Assembly: GCA_002269645.1 (NCBI GenBank)
Contig: NIVC01000264.1
Location: forward strand, 124,001-188,000
Origin: Macrostomum lignano
Lineage: Eukaryota
Direction: 5' to 3'
DNA length: 64,000 nucleotides
The notes under the pieces were generated by a model. The model made no database searches and was not told the DNA's origin. It saw only the letters and a list, made by a program, of their open reading frames with translations. Both the position numbers and the translations under genes were made by a program. Below, in pieces: positions 57,753-64,000 of the stretch (its first letter is position 1; every line of letters begins with the position of its first letter).

Positions 57753-60192
57753 TTGTGTTTAGTATGCACCACAGATACTAGAATAATATGATATTTATTA
57801 ATTAGTTATTCTAGCCTTTTAATAGCTATACTTAGCATTTTAAGTATTGCCTTCAATCGATTTATACGTCGAGGCTGGAGAGAGCTGGGAAAGGCTTTTT
57901 ATCACTTTGGTTGGCTTTTGCAGTCTATGGCCCACAGACTTAGGCAAGACGCAGCCAAGGCCCCTCGTCACTTCAGCATTTGATTTCGTCCATTGATACA
58001 CGAAAGCCATAGAATAGGATCGTGTGCCACTAAAAAGGCACACTGCGTTTAATTTCGTCAACATTACGAAGCCATAGCCATAGAACATGAAATGACAAAC
58101 ACTAACTTGTAAGGAAGCAGCAGTCTGAACAGAGCAGAAAGTTTCCGGTAATTGACGGCAACCATTCAGCGATGCTTTTCACGTTGAGCCATGGATAGTT
58201 TCTTAGACGAAATCTAAGGCAGTTTTTCCCGAAATCCATTTCTTGTCTCTTCATTTATCCCACACTGCTTTGGCTATTTTGTTTTCCCAAAAGCCCTATT
58301 TGCAATGAATGAAGCTTGAAAAAATCAAACGCTGAAGTGACGAATTCAATCGTAAACGGTATAGCATAAAGGTATAGTATAGTTATAGCTTATTTCCTTA
58401 TCTGTCCTATGACCTTGATTTAAATATCGGGCAAAGCACGAGCGCGCGTGTTTTCTGGCAATTGTTTAACAAAGCTACACACTATAGACAAGTGTATTGT
58501 ATATATCGTATTTGCCCGGCACAGATGTCATTTTTCCACACTAGAGAGAAAAATAAGAAGGGTTGAAGCCGTCGAACAGATGATAAAGTTGGGAAAATAG
58601 TCACGTGAGTTGTAGAATCGTATAAAAAAGTTGCGAAAGAGTCGTCCTAAGAATCTTTGTGCCAGTGCTTAACTTTCGCTTTCTTATAACTGACTCTAAG
58701 TCACGAAGCGACGCAAATGCGCTTCAAACACATCTCAGTGACTCTAGCAGGTCTCAAATACGACTCAACGGCTCCAGAGTCACTTGCGTCACCCCAGAGT
58801 CGTTTCAGAGTTGCAGACAACAAAACGCTGTAAAATTGATTCCAGGGCGACTCTGACGACTTTTAGAGTGAGAAAGATCTCGTCGCTTTAGAGTCGTTTA
58901 GGGTCACTTCTTGCAAAAACTGATTGCCTATGAAATTTTATTCTTATGATTCTTATGCCACAAACTTCAAAGCACATACCAGTTAGTTACTGAACCCATT
59001 TCCGTTCATACGATTTCGAACGAATAGGAAGGGATACTGCCATCTGACTGCCGATGATTTAGGTTTATGGGCTTAGGGTTAGGTTCGGGTCAGGTTTAAG
59101 GTTGGAGTTGTTTTTTTTGGAGCTGCCGAACGTCTCATAAGCCTAATTAACAGTTCCATTAGAACCAACAAAAGTACGCAAAAAATCTCATGCATTTGAC
59201 TAGACGATTGCTATGGACTAAAATCGGTTGTAAAATTGAAAAAAAATGCAATGCATTAAAAAGGCGTGCAGAAAAAATTGTAAAAAACGCAACAATAGGT
59301 GAGAGCAGAATCTCTAGGGCTAGAAGACAAATATATTTTACTAGTGTAATACCAGTATTCATACAGGCCCCAGCAAACAATCAAAGCTTTTTAAGAAGAA
59401 AAGTTACTTTTTTTACAGAACGGGATCAATCAAGCTACTTGTTTGAGAAATCACTTGTACTTGTAAGTTATCAATAAGTTTATCATTTGTGATAGAATAC
59501 AATTTTATATAAGCGATACGCGTATAGGCTTGGCCTATTTTTGGCGGAAATCATTAGCAAGAAAACAGAGAAAGTCACTTTTAACTTTACTAAAAAAGCA
59601 ACTTGAGGTACGTAAGCTACAAGATTTATTGGGAGGGGCTACAGACCCAACCGCAAAGCTCGAATCTAATGATTCCCTGACTGTTAACACTGGAAAATGA
59701 TTTCAAATTTATTCAATACAATTTAATTCATTTTGTCATCACTCGGATTAACCATTGGGTGGCATTAAAGCACAGGGAAAGGTGGGCGAACGCCCCCGAC
59801 TGAAGGCAGTCCCGTGAGGATGTCCCTTAGTCCCTCCCCCACCCTCCGCTCCGCACAAACCCAGATCTCTTTAACGTTTTCAGGTCCGAGAATTTCTTCC
59901 GCTACCTAAGGTCTACCGGGCGAGCGACCATCCACCTCCTGGACTCTCCGGAAGTGCTCCCCCTCTGCAGCTGAGTCAAGAAAGTTGATGATTGGTCTTC
60001 AACTATATCGACTTTGATTTGGCAATTAATCAACAATTGATTAATAATCGCAGCTTTTCCTACCGCTTGAAGAGGATTTTTCGGCAGGTTAAGTCCCTCA
60101 TCTTTGCCAGTCTCCAATAGAATTTCGGATTTCCAAGAGCATTCATAACTCGCTCTAATGCCTAGTTCATGCAAGCTCAACAACCAATTGAT

Positions 60193-61695
60193 TTAAAACA
60201 CTGGCGACTCCTGCTGCTCCAACTGCAGCTTCCTGCCGCCGTCTGCTACTCCTCGGGCGTCACCTTCGCCGATGTCGCCGCGAGTGGGTTTTGGCGGCCT
60301 GGCCAGCAGCTCCACCAGGGCTTCCAGAGCCGCCTGACTCTCCACGAAGCCGGCATCGGCGGCGCTGGCCAGCTCGGCAGCCAGATGGCCACAGCGGAGC
60401 CGGTCAGCCTGGCGCAGGGCCCGCACCGTGTCGCAGCTGCCGTCGCTGCCGCCACCAGCAGCTTCAGAAGCAGCTCCCGCTGCAGTGCCGCCGCCGCCGC
60501 GCTGCGGGGCCAGGTGGGTCCGGCAGACCGGCAGCACCTCCATAGGCAGGCATTCCATAGCGCCGCCGGAGACACCGCCGGAACCCGGATGCAGCTGCAG
60601 CGCTGTTGTGTCCGTCACCAGAGCCTGAAGTAGGTAAATGTACGCTGCATTGGAACTCATGGCACACTCTCCCGATATACACGGTGCCCAGGCCAAGAAG
60701 TGTCCCAGAGTGACTTGCATCGCCCCAGAGTCGTTGCAGATGACACAGGTAAAATAGGAAAATACTCTAAACGACTCTAAAATGACGAGATGTCACGGTA
60801 CAAGTCGCCAAAAAGTCGTCAAAGACTCGCCCAATAATCACTTTGAAGTGTTTTATTATCTGCGACTCCAAAATGACTCTGAGGCGATGGTATAACGACT
60901 CTGCCGGCCGTAGACTAGTCACTGATTAGTATTTGAAGCACTCTAACTAGCCTGCTGAGTTAGTAGACAGTTAAGCGCCAGCACAACGATTCTTTAGATG
61001 ACTCTTTTAAGCATGCATTCATAGCCCTGAGTTTCTCATTGTGCCATTTTTCCGGAATCGAACCCGGGACTTTGGTGCTAGATCAAGTCGAATTAAATTG
61101 ACAGAACCACTCATTTGCCCTCTTTTTTCCAGTAATATGAAGCGGTGCCCAGAAGCTGACCACTCAGCCCCAATAGCCAAGAAGAGGGTCCACTCCAGCC
61201 CACCTGAGTAGTGGCATCCCTGACGTGCTGCACCAGCACCAGCAGCAGGTCGGGCTGTTTAAACTCCTCGCACAGCCGCCTGTGAATGTGCGCCTCCTTG
61301 GCTGACAGCTGCACCAGCTGCGGCTGCTGCTCCGGCCGAAGGCAGTCGCCGATCCGGCGGCGATACCAGCCGATAACGGCGCCGTCGGTGGCTTCGGCGG
61401 CGGCCCGAGCGGCGGAAGTGGCGCCGGAGACGGCCAGACGGGGCAGCGGCGCAAGCGACACGACCCGGTAGAGCCGGCTGGCCGTGGTGGCGGCCTCCGC
61501 CTGGTCGGTCCTGACGGTGCGAGACTCCAGCTCGCGGCTGCCCAGCAGGAGGCCGTCAGGCGGATCGAGCTGGGCGCACAGGGCAGCAAACTGCGGCGAA
61601 GGCAGCGAGACGTTGCCGGCAGTCGCCGCCGCAGCGGTCGTCGATGCGGGGGCGCTGAAGCCGCCATTGGTGAATTCACCGCCTGGGCTGAGCAT
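60193..61695 (-). CDS. ABRAXAS1: Abraxas family MPN- protein with a C-terminal SPxF motif (BRCA1-A complex subunit Abraxas 1-like), 2 coding exons, ~307 aa
   Basis: Exons 61695-61204 and 60624-60193 (phase 0, GT-AG). MPN- blocks: VSLPSPQFAAL..DGLLLG..TDQ, AVIGWYR, LSAKEAHIHRRL..DLLLVL. Ends ESPVF-stop. Confidence 0.82.
61045..61120 (-). pseudogene. tRNA-like relic (tRNA pseudogene or SINE head) in the Abraxas intron
   Basis: The minus strand reads ..AAAGTCCCGGGTTCGATTCCGG, a good B-box/T-arm. The A-box is degenerate and I could not build a convincing cloverleaf. Confidence 0.35.
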
Positions 61696-61779
61696 GGAGA
61701 GTCTGCAGCGACATGAATTAACAAATTGGATTTGCAGTCCAAGTGAAATATTTTAAACTACGGCCAGATCTAGTTAGCT

Positions 61780-62225
61780 CATCACGTGATTAAGATGACG
61801 GCATCACGTGACTGAACACAATTGCATCACGTGTTAGATAGCGACATCATGTGACTAAAGAAAATGAAATCATGTACCTAAGAAAGTTACATCACGTGAC
61901 TAAAGAAAGTTACATCACGTGACTATAGAAAATGACATCATGTGACTAAAGTTACGTGGCATCACGTGACTAAAGACAGTGGCATCACTTGACTAAAGAC
62001 AGTGGAATCACGTTATTGAAGACAGTGGCATCACGTGACTAAAGACAGTGGAATCACGTGATTAAAGACAGTGGCATCACGTGACTAAAGACAGTGGAAT
62101 CACGTGATTAAAGACAGTGGCATCATGTGACTAAAGACAGTGGCATCACGTGACTAAAGACAGTGGAATCACATGATTAGACAGTGGCATCACGTGACAA
62201 AAGAAATGGCGTCACGTGACTAAAG
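61780..62225. repeat. ~23-bp minisatellite (AAAGACAGTGGCATCACGTGACT) with 13 CACGTG E-boxes, upstream of Abraxas
   Basis: Counted by eye. Confidence 0.88.
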
Positions 62226-62839
62226 AAAATGATATCAATATGAGAGCGATTATGAAGAACACGAATTCCACTTTAATCAAGGCAGTTTAGAGGTGATTAA
62301 TATAATAGAATATACAGAACCTTGTGTTGACAACCTCTTACTTAGAGAATCGTCAGGGGGGTCAAAAGTCAGTCTTCTCTTCTTATTAAAATCTAAATTC
62401 TACACTGAAGTAATTGAGCAAAGATATTTTCAAAAATTCATAAAAACTGAATGAAGATCAACAGAAAAGTTCAAGTATATTAAAGCTCATGAAGTTTAAC
62501 AACAACATAAAATCTGATTTGAAAAAACCAATCAGACTACTCGCGAATGACAGTGAGATGCGCAAAATGGCCTACTGATTGCCAGTAGTATCGAACAAAA
62601 TGAATATTGCTACAGCAAAAAGTCGTGCTGAAAATGCATTGAACGATATACTCGTATTGTTTAATTCTTGATAGAAATTGATTAAAAATCATCGATGATG
62701 ACAAAAATTTTTATGATTTTTGCAACGGCTAAAAACGACAAAAACACGAAAGAGCAATTTAAGTCCCACAAGTTTTAACTTTCATTTTGTTTTAAATGAA
62801 AAAATACATGCGATAGTGTAAAATATTCAAATCTAACTG

Positions 62840-63425
62840 TACATAGTACATTGTCTCCCGCGCTAACCTTATCCGCCGACTCTGTCCCAATGTACATTGT
62901 CACCCGCGCTAACCTTATATCTCCACTCTGTCCCAATGTACATTGTCTCCCGCGCTAACCATATTTCCACTTTGTCGCAATGTACATTGTCTCCCGCGCT
63001 AACCATATTTCCACTCTGTCCCAATGTACATTGTCACCCGCGCTAACCTTATGTCTCCACTCTGTCCCAATGTACATTGTCTCCCGCGCTAACCTTATCC
63101 GCCGACTCTGTCCCAATGTGCATTGTCTCTTGCGCTAACCTTATCCGCCGACTCTGTCCCAATGTACATTGTCTCCCGCGCTAACCTTATCTCGATTCTA
63201 TCCTAACTCCTAATGTACATTGTCTCCCGCGCTAACCTTATCCGCCGACTCTGTCCCAATGTACATTGTCTCCCGCGCTAACCTTATCCGCCGACTCTGT
63301 CCCAATGTGCATTGTCTCCCGCGCTAACCTTATCCGCCGACTCTGTCCCAATGTACATTGTCTCCCGCGCTAACCTTATCTCGATTCTATCCTAACTCCT
63401 AATGTGCATTGTCTCCCGCACTAAT
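62840..63425. repeat. ~45-46-bp tandem repeat (TGTACATTGTCTCCCGCGCTAACCTTATCCGCCGACTCTGTCCCAA)
   Basis: About 13 copies with variants. Confidence 0.93.
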
Positions 63426-63650
63426 ATTTCCCCGTAAAAACGCCTGAAAATCAAAAGAAATGTAAGGACACGAAGAGTCCGATCTCGAATGCCCTCGGAT
63501 AACCTAAATCGAGCTATTTTGTTCCTGATCAATTGCTAAATTCTCAAACAGCTACTGAAAGTAGAAAAAAATAACTTTTTTCACAAAACAGACAACCGGA
63601 ACCGGATTAACTACTAGCGGTTAGTAGCATTTGATTATAACAATTTTGTG

Positions 63651-64000
63651 TCAGAACTCGCCGCGTCTGACCGGGCCAGCAGCCATGTCGGCGCAGTGGG
63701 CGGGCGCGCCCGGATCGGCCGGGTCGTAGGCCAGACAGGCGGACCAGAGCGCCGCAGGCAGCAGCGCCAGCAACGACAGGGCGGCGAGGAGAGCCAGCAT
63801 GCCGGCTGGGCCGCAGGCGGAGCCGAAGCGAGCCAGGCAGAGCTGAGCAGCCAGCCAGACTGACACAAGCAGCAGGCCGGCCGCTTCTCGGCCCTCCTCG
63901 TGCGCCAGAGGATTTCTAGCTAACGACTGCTGATGTTGGTTGCCATGGAGACTGGTTGGTAGCAGGGCCGACTGGAGCAGGTAAGCGAGGCCCGACAGGC
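63651..64000 (-). CDS. 3' end of a probable multi-pass membrane protein, truncated by the window edge
   Basis: The frame is open from 63998 to the stop at 63651: LSGLAYLLQSALL..AAGLLLVSVWLAAQLCLARFGSACGPAGMLALLAALSLLALLPAALWSACLAY..GEF. It is GC-rich with two or three hydrophobic segments; family not recognised. Confidence 0.6.
   Translation of the reverse strand, partial: LSGLAYLLQSALLPTSLHGNQHQQSLARNPLAHEEGREAAGLLLVSVWLAAQLCLARFGSACGPAGMLALLAALSLLALLPAALWSACLAYDPADPGAPAHCADMAAGPVRRGEF

Overview
Eukaryotic (animal) genomic DNA. It has GC-rich exons, canonical GT-AG introns, and introns either ~75-100 nt long or inflated by minisatellites and microsatellites. This architecture resembles that reported for the flatworm Macrostomum lignano; the species is an inference, not shown. 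I assembled spliced models by hand with consistent intron phases. In order: a BTB-NPH3 (NPH3/RPT2-like) gene (+, 2236-8267); ARMC3 (-, 18 coding exons, 9598-17986), head-to-head with cytosolic aspartate aminotransferase GOT1 (+, 19299-24864); an intronless orphan ORF (+, 27045-28073); a 7-cadherin-repeat protocadherin (+, ~35751-48163, start exon unresolved); two tandem intracellular serpins (-, 49878-51690 and 52792-56195); an Abraxas gene ending in SPVF (-, 60193-61695); and the 3' end of a hydrophobic membrane-protein gene cut by the window edge. About 25 tandem arrays and several MITE/foldback-like inverted repeats are present. There is no rRNA, intact tRNA or CRISPR array. The most notable observations are: (1) an NPH3-domain protein, a family usually regarded as plant-specific, in an animal gene neighbourhood; (2) a serpin whose reactive loop (CVVD-CA) matches the spacing and P1-P2' residues of the poxviral caspase inhibitor CrmA (LVAD-CA), next to a paralog with a near-identical exon 1 but a different loop; (3) introns that look like minimal introns inflated by a private minisatellite, with evidence that one satellite and one microsatellite-bearing segment have been copied to new sites.
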